A stretch of DNA of 64,000 bases from Macrostomum lignano (GCA_002269645.1 NIVC01001187.1:248001-312000); one strand, 5' to 3'. Shown: positions 1-13,900, counted from the stretch's first letter. The notes: generated by a model not told the origin, from the sequence alone. Made by a program: numbers and translations.

Positions 1-534
1 CCAAATCGTTTTGTAAAACCCATGCTAGCATTTCAAGTCGTTTTGGCGCAGCTTTACCACTCAATATAAGAACAGATTTGCAAAGCAGTTTGGGCTAATT
101 CGAACATTCCAGTCGTTCACAGTGAACACAATCCGGAAACTTTTGCAACAAGACTCTTATTTGACCATCTGACCAGCATTCACACGGCATGAAGGTTCAA
201 GCCACAGCATCCATGGTTGAGCAGCTCCATTCCAAATCGAAGCGTGTGGCTCGAAATCAAGGCCAGTAACAGTTGTAGCCAAATTGGCACAGCCCTACAT
301 GTATTGAGCCATGCCTGCTTCAAGTTGCAACTTACGATGCTATACCTGGCCCACCCTTCTGTATGTAAAATTCAATCATCAAAATGATTCAGTTCACTAA
401 TATTCATCACGTATTGCGATACGTGTTGCAAAAAACTGGATGACAACTCGGCATCGGATGCAGGATTGACAGGTCATGTGATGGCATTAAGCTTGCATCT
501 AAGGTTATGAACTTTGAGCATTGGATTAAGAATA

Positions 535-1300
535 CGGTATGGGGAATGGGTTATGGGTATGGGATGGGACATGGGTATGGAGCATGGTTATGGGATTGAG
601 CATGGTTAAGGGATGGGGCATGGGTATGGGATAGGGCATGGGTATGTGTTGGGTATTGGATAGGGCATGGGTATGTGTTGGGTATGGGACTGGGCATGGG
701 TATGTGTTGGGTATGGGATAGGGCATGGTTATGGGATGGGGCATAGTTATGGGATGGGTATGGGATGGGGCATGGTTATGGGATGGGGCATAGTTATGGG
801 ATGGGTATGGGATGGGGCATGGTTATAGGATGGGGCATGGGTATGGGATAGGGCATGGGTATGTGTTGGGTATGGGATAGGGCATGGGTATGTGTTGGGT
901 ATGGGATAGGGCATGGTTATGGGATGGGGCATAGTTATGGGATGGGTATGGGATGGGGCATGGTTATGGGATGGGGCATAGTTATGGGATGGGTATGGGA
1001 TGGGGCATGGTTATAGGATGGGGCATGGGTATGGGATAGGGCATGGGTATGTGTTGGGTATGGGATAGGGCATGGGTATGTGTTGGGTATGGGATAGGGC
1101 ATGGGTATGTGTTGGGTATGGGATAGGGCATGGGTATGTGTTGGGTATGGGATAGGGCATGGTTATGGGATGGGGCATAGTTATGGGATGGGTATGGGAT
1201 GGGGCATGGTTATAGGATGGGTATGGGATGGGGCATAGTTATGGGATGGGTATGGGATGGGGCATGGTTATAGGATGGGTATGGGATGGGGCATGGGTAG
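535..1300. repeat. G-rich mosaic array of 6-nt units (GGTATG/GGGATG/GGCATG/GGTTAT)
   Basis: Direct tandem repetition downstream of the UBA52 3' end. The Pro/His-rich ORFs here are repeat artefacts. Confidence 0.9.
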
Positions 1301-1684
1301 GTATGGCTCTAATATATGATACGGAGCAAGAGTTACAGTAGACCACATAATATTCATATCCATAGGGACCACATCCGATACGGGTTGATGATTATCTTAT
1401 CCTATACGCGCCAGATCTTACTGAATTTCCAATTCAAGCTGCAGGTTGCACAATTAAGACGAGTCTTAAGCCGATCCAGGCGACGCTACGCTACTGTATA
1501 CTTAGTCAAGTAGTACATGTATAAAAATAAACAAACAATAGAAGGCGATTTCTGCAATATCATTTTCTACACATCCAGTGATCTTTATTTTTGATTCAAT
1601 AAGCCCAATCAGCTGCAGGCAGCTGCTAAAATCTTGCACTGTAACTATTCAAGCACAGAGTCTATCAGACAGCTTTTCAATTGA

Positions 1685-2098
<414 letters not shown>

Positions 2099-3575
2099 TT
2101 ATCAGAAATTTTGTAACTGTCTCATTTTACTAAGGTACAAGATAAAAAAGAAAAATGTCAAATTAAACTTAAATTAAATTAGTTTGCATATCTCCTATTG
2201 TAGCCAAGGGTTGAATTGTGCCAGATGATTCTTCAAATCTACCAAATAAATGTAGAAGTTGCACTAGGCAAAACCAATAACCTTTTCTTTCTTTGCTAGT
2301 CAATAGATATTTGCTAATGCTTATAAAAATTGAATTTATACTCATCAAATTTTAATTTGTGCTAGGTTGTTATCTATTAAAATATCCTTTGGTTTCAATA
2401 AATATATATTCTAAAATTTCTTTGTAGGTCTAAAGGTTAGAGAAGATTAGAATAATAGATTTTAATTAAAATTAAATTGAGATTATATTAGATTGAGATC
2501 CCTATCTTAGTACATAGATAGAGATTTAATTTATAATATATAATATCTAGTCATCTTGGCTAATCTAGAATATACAAGGTAAAAACATAGAGAATTTTAT
2601 AAATAGGCCTAAGAGAAAAATAAAAGAAAGAAAAAAACTTTTATAGAATAAATTATAAAAAGAAAAAGAATATTTAAATTATATATAAAATAAATTTTAA
2701 ATATTATAAAAGGCTTTTTAGATATAACTATACTATAGAAAAAGTAGAACAATGTTGCAATAAGGTTTTTTTACATATAGCCACATGGTATAGATACATA
2801 GCATATTAATAGACTATCAAATTGACTAGATAAGATTTAGGTTGCAAATATCTAGGCCCTAGGCTTAGCTTGAGTTATTTCAGTCCATCTAATCTAGTTC
2901 TAATTTTAAATAGACCATTGATATTTGATATTTTGGAAAAAATAAAATCAAAAAAGTAAAAAAGGATAAAATTGTGATAAATTTTTGTAATTTTGTAATA
3001 AAATTATATTACAATTAGGATTTTTTATTAGGAAACTAAGATCTAAAGATTTAAATAGCCTATCAAGATGACAAGATCATAATGTATATCTATGTGTAGG
3101 CCTAATATGGCCTAATACTATAGGTCTAATTTGTAATAATATAATAATGCTTAGCTATGCTAAAAATTGCAAAATATCATTATGTATATTAAATATTAAA
3201 TATAGACTAATTATTTAGGCCTTAAATAATATTAAGAGATTAATCATACTTTTTGAATTATATTATAGACTAGGCCTATATCTAATCTACATCTACATTT
3301 TGATATAGATGTACCGCTATGAATCATCTACATTTGGCCCTCTAGCTCTAGAAAAATAGGCCTAGAAGTTTATATAAATATCATTTGATATATTAAGCAA
3401 ACAAAAACGAAGGCACATAGGCTGCAGGCGTATAGGCTACACAATCAATCCATCCACATCCACCATACTAAAAATGATTCGGCGGTATCTAGGTGGGCTT
3501 GTGATTGATTTCAGAAAAATGCCTCAACAAAACTTTCATAACACTTACAATAAATTGCAGATCTCTCTCTCTTAC

Positions 3576-3789
3576 CGTTAGATCTAACCCAAGGAAAATT
3601 AAAGTCTATATATAATTTAAAATTATAGCTGCTCAAGTTGTTGCTTTTAAAAATTAATTCAACTGCCTACAGTAAAACAACAACTTAGGTAGTCTTTTAA
3701 GCCAGTGTAGGGCAAATAGCCAAATAGCACATAATCAATGTAAAAAGCACTTTTCTACAAAATAATATTTTCGAACATTCACAGCGTCA
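3576..3789. promoter_or_regulatory. Putative bidirectional promoter and short 5'UTR exons of UBA52 (-) and RFC1 (+)
   Basis: Minus-strand donor ACG|GTAAGA at 3576/3575 and plus-strand donor TCA|GTAAGT at 3789/3790 face outward. They would pair with the acceptors at 2082 and 4902. No transcript evidence. Confidence 0.4.
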
Positions 3790-4909
3790 GTAAGTGTGCA
3801 GTGAGTGTGCACTTGTCTACTTATATAATTAGTCCTTGAAAGCAGCTGAAAGCACCACACACCAGGACTTAACTCATAACATATAGTGCAACTGGGCAAG
3901 TGCATCTGGCTGTGCCTGTGGTAATTGATGGTTATTACTTATTGGACCTGGGCCTAGGGGCTGTGGCTAGCCCAGCTGTGGCCTAAACTAGGCCTAAACC
4001 CATTTATCTAAATAATATGACTTAGTCTTCTTACACATGGGCTTAATCTACTTTCTACCTTGTCCTTAGCTGGTCAGCCGAGGCGAGGGGCATATTAGGC
4101 TAATATAATCTTAAATATTAGGCCTAGCTATTATTTGCTGCTGCTGGCATTAAGTTTAGTAGGCCCTATTTATTTAGTCTCGAACAATTATTAAAATGAG
4201 GATCATATTCATACAATCATACATTAGAATAGAAAGTAGGCCTAGGCCTACTACTGGCCTAATACTAATAATAGCCAATAGGGGGTGTCTGGCATATATC
4301 TTATCAGATTAGAATTATGCAAAATAGAACTTTTAATTATAGACTATAGTCATAGACTTAGTAACTTATGCTAGGTCTAAAGCCAAGGTTAGATAGGATT
4401 GAATTTTAGTATTTAGGCCTAGCCTAGCCTTAAGTCTAGACTCTAGGATAGGATTGGGATCTTATCCTGATTCCTGCCTTGGTCTATGTCTAAACTCTAT
4501 TCTAGGTCTAATTAGGCTTAAAATAAATATATTTTATTATTCTTAAAGTTGAATTTGGATTGGTATAGCTATAGGCCTATATATTATATAAATATTGATA
4601 AATAACAAGACTTAAGTCAAGAGCATTTTTATTAGTAAATTCAATAATGTTTAATGTTTAGTTTATTACTTAGCCTTAAACCTACCCTAATGTTAATAAG
4701 TTATAACTTTAGAATTAGAAATTAGGAAGTAAAAGAAATAAAAGAATAAAATTATATATTTAGTTTTAAAATTATGTATGTATTTGAAATTCTATAGTAG
4801 GTAATATAATTTAATAAGGTTAATAATATATTTTATTTTTTTGTTTTTCATATAGCTAGGGTCTAGTTTTAAGTTTATTAAAACAAAAACTATTTATTTC
4901 AGCATCAAA

Positions 4910-7900
4910 ATGAATAAGAAGAAACGCCAGTCAATGGTCCTTTCTGATTCTGGTATGCCTAAACATAACAATTATATTCTATCATATTATGCTTTTAAAT
5001 CATGTAGAGATATTTTTATTTTAAATCTTTGTTAACTTAATTTATGCAGATTCAGAATCGGAGAACTCAAGCCACAGGCAGGCTAAAAACTCAGAAAAAG
5101 CTTCAACCAGAGCCAAGCCATCTAGGAAGAAGCAGAAACAGCACCCTGAAACCATTTTTGTTGAGTCTGGTAAGACAGTTAAATTTGCTAAAATCAATCA
5201 TGAAGCTACAACCATTAATCAACTTGCTAGAATCATTATCACACATCACTAGAATCATCTATCACATCGCTAGAATACAATACAATACAATACAATAAAT
5301 ACAATGGCCACCGGCCACAAGTGGTCAGGAAAGGGGGGGACATTGTCAAAAAGCACGCTTAGCTGCGCAGTCTCTGATGAAGGTAGCGCCATTGATCTGA
5401 TCAGGCGCCCTGGCGTCTTCTGTCAGACAGTCGACGAACCTCCGGGTCCGCGCCTGCCCCCGCCGGAACGGGCCCTGCTGCGTGTACAGCAAGACCTCCT
5501 GCAGCGGCTCCGGGCAGTAGGACTCGGCGCGAATGACGTGGCCCGCCAGCTTCAGGCGGCGCTGTCGCAGGGTCACGCTGGGAGGGCTCAGCTTGGCCCG
5601 CTGGTAGAGAGCCTGGTTGGTGACGTGTTCGGCGTGACGGTGCACGCTGAAGGCAGCGCGCAGCAGGCTGGAGTGCGCCGCGTCCAGCTGGCGCTCCAGC
5701 ACATCCGTCATGGTCCAGGTCTCGGCGTTGTAGAAGAGCACCGTTTCCACCACCGCCTGGAACAGTCTGGTTCTCAGCTGGTCTGGCAGGGCGTCGCTTT
5801 GGAGCACGATGCGCACTGAGCGGAAAGCCGCCCACGCAAGCCCTCTGCGACGCCGCAGGTCCTCCTGGACGCTGGGCACGAGACCACCAAGGTACCGGAA
5901 CTGCTCACATCGGGGGAGCGGTGCTGCCGTTGCGCTGTCCATGCTGGGAAGGCGGATGACCGCTGGCAGATCGGCTGGCACAGTCAGGACCTCCGTCTTC
6001 TTGGCGTTGATCTTAAGGCCAACCTTCGCAGCGGCAGCAGCTAGGCCGTCGAGGAGGCGTTGAGCACCAGCAGCAGTGGATGCCAGCAGGGCGAGGTCAT
6101 CAGCATATCCGAGGACTGCCAGCCGCTTCTCCGGGTGCCGGCTGCTCGTTCGCCTGCATAGGATGTAGCCGTCCGAGTTGTCCGGTAGTCCTGTCCGCAG
6201 CACCCAGTCCAAGATGAGGATGAACAGGAAGGGAGCGAGGGTGTCTCCTTGCAGGACTCCGGATGAGGTGGTGAAGAAGTCGGAAAGGCCGTCAGGTGTG
6301 ATCACAGCAGCGTGCGTGTCGTGGTAGAGCGCCATCACTGCTGCAATCAGTTTCTCTGGCACGTTGTAGGCTCGGAGAACTAGTGGAATCACGCCTCGAG
6401 CCACCGAGTCGAAAGCCTTCAGGAAGTCGATGAACAGACAGAAAAGGTCCGACTGGCGAATGCGCGATTCCTCGATAATTCTCCGGAGCGCCAGAATTTG
6501 CGTGACTGTACCACGTCGTGGCCGGAACCCATTCTGCTCGTACCGCAGGTAAGGGTCCAGCACTGGCTGCAAGCGCGACAGTAGCAGCTTGTTGTGCAGC
6601 TTGGCGGCACAGGACATCAGGGAGATGCCCCGATGTTCTTCAATCTTGTTGGTGCCCGGCTTCTTGGGGATTCCGACGATATGTGCTCGGGTCCACTCCG
6701 GAGGTGCGACGCCAGTATCGAGAACGTTGTTGATCACCCTGGCGATCTCCTGGGCGACCTTGGGCAGTCTGAGCACCTCGTTGGGAACTTCGTCGGGACC
6801 CGTTGCCTTGCCGCCTGGGATCTTCTTGGCGAGCTGACAAACATCGATTGCGGTCACATGGCCGGTACAGAAATGATGCGGAGGCGGCAGTGGCGTGTCA
6901 GGGGGCAGCGCCAGCACATCAGGGAGCGCAGGTGGTGGCGCATTCACTATGCTAGCGAAAAAGTCCCGCAGGCTGTTCTTGCGCTCATCCGGCGTGTCCC
7001 CAACCAGGTTGAGCGCCGTGCGTTGCTTCCTGCCAGTGAGGGTGTTGATGGCAGTCCACACGGTGCCGCTTTTCCTGTCCGGGGCGGCGGAGGTGACGGC
7101 GCGGATGGCCTCGCTCACGGCAGCCAGCTGCTGCTCTTTGTAGACAATGGCGAGGGCCATTGTAGAATCATTAATGATCGCTAGAATCATTATCACACAT
7201 CACTAGAATCATCTATCACATTGCTAAAATCATTATCACACATCGCTAAAATCATCAATCACATCGCTAGAATCATCAATCACATCGCTAGAATCATCTA
7301 TCACATCGCTAAAATCATCAATCACATCGCTAGAATCATCAATCACATCGCTAGAATCATCAATCACATCGCTAGAATCATCAATCACATCGCTAGAATC
7401 ATCAATCACATCGCTAGAATCATCTATCACATCGCTAAAATCATCAATCACATCGCTAAAATCATCAATCACATCGCTAGAATCATCAATCACATCGCTA
7501 GAATCATCAATCACATCGCTAGAATCATCAATCACACCGCTAGAATCATCAATCACATCGCTAGAATCATCAATCACATCGCTAGAATCATCAATCACAT
7601 CGCTAAAATCATCAATCACATCGCTAGAATCATCAATCACATCGCTAAAATCATCAATCACATCGCTAGAATCATCAGTCACATTGCTAGAATCATCAGT
7701 CACATCGCTAGAATCATTATCACTCACATCACTAGAATCATCAATCACATTGCTAAAATCATCAATCACATCGCTAGAATCATCAGTCACATCGCTAGAA
7801 TCATCAGTCACATCGCTAGAATCATCAATCACATCGCTAGAATCATCTATCACATTGCTAAAATCATCAATCACATCGCTAGAATCATCAGTCACATCGC

Positions 7901-10900
7901 TAGAATCATCAATCACATCGCTAGAATCATCAGTCACATTGCTAGAATCATCAGTCACGTCGCTAGAATCATCAATCACATCGCTAGAATCATCAGTCAC
8001 ATCGCTAGAATCATCAATCACACCGCTAGAATCATCAATCACTTCGCTAGAATCATCAGTCACATCGCCAGAATCATCAATCATATCGCTAGAATCATCA
8101 ATCACATCGCTAGAATCATCAATCATATCGCTAGAATCATCAATCACATCGCTAGAATCATCAATCATATCGCTAGAATCATCAATCACATCGCTAGAAT
8201 CATCAATCATATCGCTAGAATCATCAATCACATCGCTAGAATCATCAATCATATCGCTAGAATCATCAATCACATCGCTAGAATCATTATCACTCACATC
8301 ACTAGAATCATCTATCACATCGCTAAAATCATCAGTCACATCGCTAGAATCATCAATCATATCGCTAGAATCATCAATCACATCGCTAGAATCATTATCA
8401 CTCACATCACTAGAATCATCTATCACATCGCTAAAATCATCAGTCACATCGCTAGAATCATCAATCATATCGCTAGAATCATCAATCACATCGCTAGAAT
8501 CATCAATCATATCGCTAGAATCATCAATCACATCGCTAGAATCATCAATCATATCGCTAGAATCATCAATCACATCGCTAGAATCATTATCACTCACATC
8601 ACTAGAATCATCTATCACATCGCTAAAATCATCAGTCACATCGCTAGAATCATCAATCATATCGCTAGAATCATCAATCACATCGCTAGAATCATCAATC
8701 ACATCGCTAGAATCATCAATCACATCGCTAGAATCATCAATCACATCGCTAGAATCATCAATCACATCGCTAGAATCATCAGTCACATTGCTAGAATAAT
8801 CAATAACATCACTAGAATCACCAGTCACTGCTAGAATCATCAATCACATCGCTAGAATCATCAGTCACATCGCTAGAATCACCAATCACATCGCTAGAAT
8901 CATCAATCACATCGATAGAATCATCAATCACATCGCTAGAATCATCAATCACATCGCTAGAATCATCAATCACACCGCTAGAATCATCAATCACATCGCT
9001 AGAATCATCAATCACACCGCTAGAATCATCAGTCACATCGCTAGAATCATCAATAACATCGCTAGAATCATCAATCATATCGCTAGAATCATCAATCACA
9101 TCGCTAGAATCATCAATCACACCGCTAGAATCATCAATCACATCGCTAGAATCATCGTCAAAAGCGCTGTTTCCCCTTTCCGCCGCTTTCAGATGGCGAG
9201 GCTTCGCCGCCGCAGTCGCCCAGCAAGCGGCAAGGCAAGGCGGCCGGCGGTGCCAATAAGCAGGCCGGCTCATCCTCGGGCAAGAAGTCGGCGGCGGCTA
9301 CAAAGAGTCCGAAGGCTGGCGGGCCGCCTGCGCAGAAGAACACTCTGGATAATTACTTCAGCAGGCTTGGAGGCGCTGCCGGTAATTCAGCCAAGCCAAG
9401 TGGCAGCGTTAGCGGCGGCGGCAGCAGCGCGGCTGCAGCCTCATCGGAGCGCGTGACAAAGAAGGTCAATCCGGCTGATTTTTTCACCAGCCCGCCAGCC
9501 AGCAGCTTGGCGCGCCAGAGTCCGACTGTTCAGTCTAAAAAAGCGTCTGTGAGTCCCTTGGAATTTCTGCCAGCAACTTCTGCATAGGGCTTTCTTTTTT
9601 CCCCGTGTGACTAATAAGATGTGTGACTAATTCATCAAGCGATGCAAATGCGCTTCAAACACAACTACAGTGACTCTAGCGCCTTAAATACGACGACTCT
9701 TTATACCGTCACCCCAGAGTCGCAGACAAAAAAACGCTTCAAAGTGACTCTTAGGCAACTTTTTGGTAACGATCTCGTCGTTTTACAGTCACTTCTTATT
9801 TTACATGTTATCTGCAACGACTCATTCATCCATTGTTTGGATCCGGCCCTTGACCCATTAGATTCCTCTTGACTCTAATGAGATCCTCTTGACCCATGAG
9901 ATCGTCCTCGATCCCCCCTTGGCTCATGGGATTGTCCTTGACCTACCTGATCCCCCTTGACTCACGGGATCGTCCTTGACCTCCCTTGACTCATGGGATT
10001 GTCCTTGACCTACCTGATCCCCCTTGACCTCCCTTGACTCATGGGATTGTCCTTGACCTACCTGATCCCCCTTGACTCACGGGATCGTCCTTGACCTCCC
10101 TTGACTCATGGGATTGTCCTTGACCTACCTGATCCCCCTTGACTCACGGGATCGTCCTTGACCTCCCTTGACTCATGGGATTGTCCTTGACCTACCTGAT
10201 CCCGCTTGACTCATGGAATCGTCCTTGACTCATTGACTCAAACTCACTTCTTGACTCAGACAGCGGCTTTGGGATTCAGGCTCTGAAGTGTCAAACTTTT
10301 GTGCATCGCAAATTCCCCTCCCCTGCAGACTGCTTACGCGGAAGACCCCGACATCATCGAGGCGTCGTTTGTTGCTTCGCCGCCGCGGTCAGCGCGGAAA
10401 TCGTCAGCATCCACCGCGGCGTCCTCGTCCGATTCTAGAGCGAAGCCCGGCCCAGCCCAGCATGAGAAGCCGCTCCTGACTCAGCAGCAGCAGCAACGCG
10501 GAAGCGAAGGTGCCTCCGCGCCGCAGCCACCTGCCGGGCCAGAGAAATCTCCGTTGAAACGGTCGGCAACAACGCCCGAGGCAAAGCGGTCCAGCTATCT
10601 GGCTTACCTGCATAGGGACGGGCCGAAACACCTGGGCGAATTGCGCCTGCCAAAGGCAGGTGGATAGTTATTTAAAGTTTTATTGATCATAGCTGCTTTG
10701 TGCGGCTCGTAAGATTTGGTCGCAGCTCTCATAGATCCTTCACCGCAACTCTCTCGGATACCGAAGCCATAGCCCTCCCAAATCCCTAAGATTCCACCCT
10801 TCCAGATCCCAAACATTCCACCCTTCCAGATCCCAAACATTCCACCCTTCCAGATCCTTAAGATTCCACCCTTCCAGATCCCAAACATTCCACCCTTCCA

Positions 10901-13900
10901 GATCCCTAAGATTTTAACCTTCCAGATCCCTAAGAGCCCCTTCCAGATCCCTAAGATTCCACCCTTCCAGATCCCATCCACCCTTCCAGATCCCTAAGAT
11001 TCCACTCTTCCAGATCCCTAAGATTCCACCCTTCCAGATCCCTAAAATTTTAACCTTCCAGATCCCTAAGATTCCACTCTTCCAGATCCCTAAGATTCCA
11101 CCCTTCCAGATCCCTAAAATTTTAACCTTCCAGATCCCTAAGATCCCCTTCCAGATCCTAAACATTCCACCCTTCCAGATCCCAAAGATTCCACCCTTCC
11201 AGATCCCAAACATTCCACTCTTCCAGCTCCTAAACATTCCACCCTTCCAGATCCCAAAGATTCCACCCTTCCAGATCCCAAAATTTAAACCTTCCAGATC
11301 CCAAAATTTTAACCTTCCAGATCCCTAAGATACCCGTCCAGATCCTAAACATTCCACCCTTCCAGCTCCTAAACATTCCACCCTTCCAGATCCCTAAGAT
11401 TCCACCCTTCCAGATCCCTAATATTCCACCCTTCCAGATCCCTAATATTCTACCCTTCCAGATCCCTAATATTCCACCCTTCCAGATCCCTAAAATTTTA
11501 ACCTTCCAGATCTCTAAGATTCCACCCTTCCAGATCCCTAACCATATCAACTCTCTTTACCCTAACGAATTCACCCCACAGGCGAAGCCAAACAGCCTCA
11601 GCGGCATGACAATCGTGGTCACTGGCGTGCTGGACTACGTCGAGAAGGAGGCCTGCGAAGCTCTGCTGCATCAGTGCGGCGCCAAGGTTACCAAAAGCGT
11701 CAGCAAGCGAACCAGCATGCTGGTGGTCGGCCGGGAGCCCGGAGCCAGCAAGCTGGACAAGGCCAAGCAGGCCGGGGTTCGCTGCTGCCCGGAGAAGGAA
11801 TTCTACAGTTTCCTGTGCGAGAAGCTTGGACAGCCGCCAGAAGCTGATCCAGACGATGAGGCGGTGGAAATGATGGGCGTCGAACCCGGAGCTGGAACTG
11901 GAGCCGGCGCTGATCAGCGCAGCAATGGATCCTCGGGTGCTAGAGATGTGGAGCGCAGCGGAGGTGGCAGAAGCCAGGCTGAGGAGCGCAGCGGCGGCGG
12001 CAGAAGCCAGGCTGAGGAGCGCAGCGGCGGCGGCAGAAGCCAGGCTGAGGAGCGCAGCGGCGGTGGCAGAAGCCAGGCTGAGGAGCGCAGCGGCGGCGGC
12101 AGAAGCCAGGCTGAGGAGCGCAGCGGCGGCGGCAGAAGCCAGGCTGAGGAGCGCAGCGGCGGCGGCAGAAGCCAGGCTGAGGAGCGCAGCGGCGGTGGCA
12201 GAAGCCAGGCTGAGGAGCGCAGCGGCGGCGGCAGAAGCCAGGCTGAGGAGCGCAGCGGCGGCGGCAGAAGCCAGGCTGAGGAGCGCAGCGGCGGCGGCAG
12301 AAGCCAGGCTGAGGAGCGCAGCGGAGGCGGCAGAAGCCAGGCTAAAGATCAGAGAGAGGGCGGGAAAGCCGGAGCGGAGGGCCAGCCGCAGCAGCAGCTG
12401 ATGTGGGTGGACAAATACAAGCCGCGCTCGCTGAAGCAGATAATCGGCCAGTCTGGTCCGGCCAGCTGTGCCAGCAAGCTGGTGGCCTGGCTGTCCAGCT
12501 GGCACAGGCACCTGGCCAGCGGGGTGAAGCGCGGCGTGGCGCAGCCGTTTCAGCGCTTCAACAACGACGGCTCCGCCTTGAAGGCGGCGCTGCTGTCCGG
12601 TCCGCCCGGCATCGGCAAGACGACCACCGCCACTCTGGCCTGCAAGGAGCTCGGCTTCGAGTGCCTGGAGTTGAACGCCTCGGACACTCGCAACAAAAGA
12701 TCTCTGCACGAGATTGTCGGCGAAGCGCTGGGCACCTTTTCTGTTGGCGCCATGTTCGGCGGCGGCGGTGGCGGAGGCGGCACCGAGGAAGGTCGCCGAC
12801 GCTGCATCGTTATGGATGAGGTGGACGGCATGGCCGGCAACGAGGACCGGGGCGGAGTGGCCGAGCTCATCCAGCTGATCAAGGCCAGCCAGGTACGGCG
12901 TGTACTTTTGTGAATTTTGCGGCGCACCTGGATCTCAAACCGAAGCTTTTCTATTGGGTCTGTCCTGATGGCACCTGAATCTTGTCTACAAGCACCTGAA
13001 TCTCCCCTATAACACCTGAATCTCCCCTAAAACACCTGAAGTTCTACTCAAACCCCTGAAGTTCTACTCAAGCCCCTGAAGCTCCACTACAACCCCTGAA
13101 GCTCCACTACAACCCCTGAAGCTCCACTACAACCCCTGAAGCTCCACTACAACCCCCTGAAGCTCCACTAAAATCTCCTAAAGCTCAATTACAACCCCTG
13201 AAGCTCCACTAAACCCCCTGAAGCTCTACTACAACCCCCTGAAGCTCCACTACAAACGCCTGCCCTGGATGTTCTCTGTCGGCCTCTGAATTTAATTTGT
13301 CACACCTGCTCCCAAACCTCTTAGACTCAGCCTAAACTGACTACTTACAGGAGCTAAACGGCTAATTTTGCTAAATCATCTCTGCCAGGTGCCAATAATC
13401 TGCATCTGCAACGACCGCAACCACATGAAGATGCGGTCGCTGGCCAACTATTGTTTCGATCTGCGCTTCCAGCGGCCGAGGCCGGAGCAGATCCGAGCGG
13501 CCGCCATGTCCATCGCCAGCCGCGAGGGCCTCAAAGTTGATGCGCAAGCCCTGCTGGACGTTATCAACGCTTCTAACAATGATGTCCGACAGACCATTCA
13601 CAACCTGCAGGTGAAACTGGGACTTCGTGTGCTGTTTTTTTGCGGATACTGTTGCACTGTTTCAAGTTTTTGGATTTCAGACTTCGAAACTAAGATTTCG
13701 GGTTTCAGGATTTGGGCTTGGGATTCCAGGACTGGGACTTGGGATTCCAGGACTGGGCCTTGGGATTCCAGGACTGGGACTTGGGATTCCAGGACTGGCC
13801 TTGGGATTCCAGGACTGGCCTTGGGATTCCACATAGATAATAAAAACAGTGTTTTAGTATCTGTGGGATTCCAGGACTGGCCTTGGGATTCCAGGACTGG

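Noticed and set aside
1-525. Possible exon of a gene extending left of the window
   Set aside because: All minus-strand frames after the candidate acceptor hit stops, and no product was recognisable.
7221-8843. 535-537-aa ORFs on both strands (HIARIIN / DDSSDVI repeats)
   Set aside because: These are translations of a 21-bp intronic minisatellite. A unit length divisible by 3 keeps several frames open, and they lie inside RFC1 intron 2.
11498-12709. 403-aa minus-strand Ala-rich ORF
   Set aside because: Antisense shadow of RFC1 exon 5 and its coding repeat.
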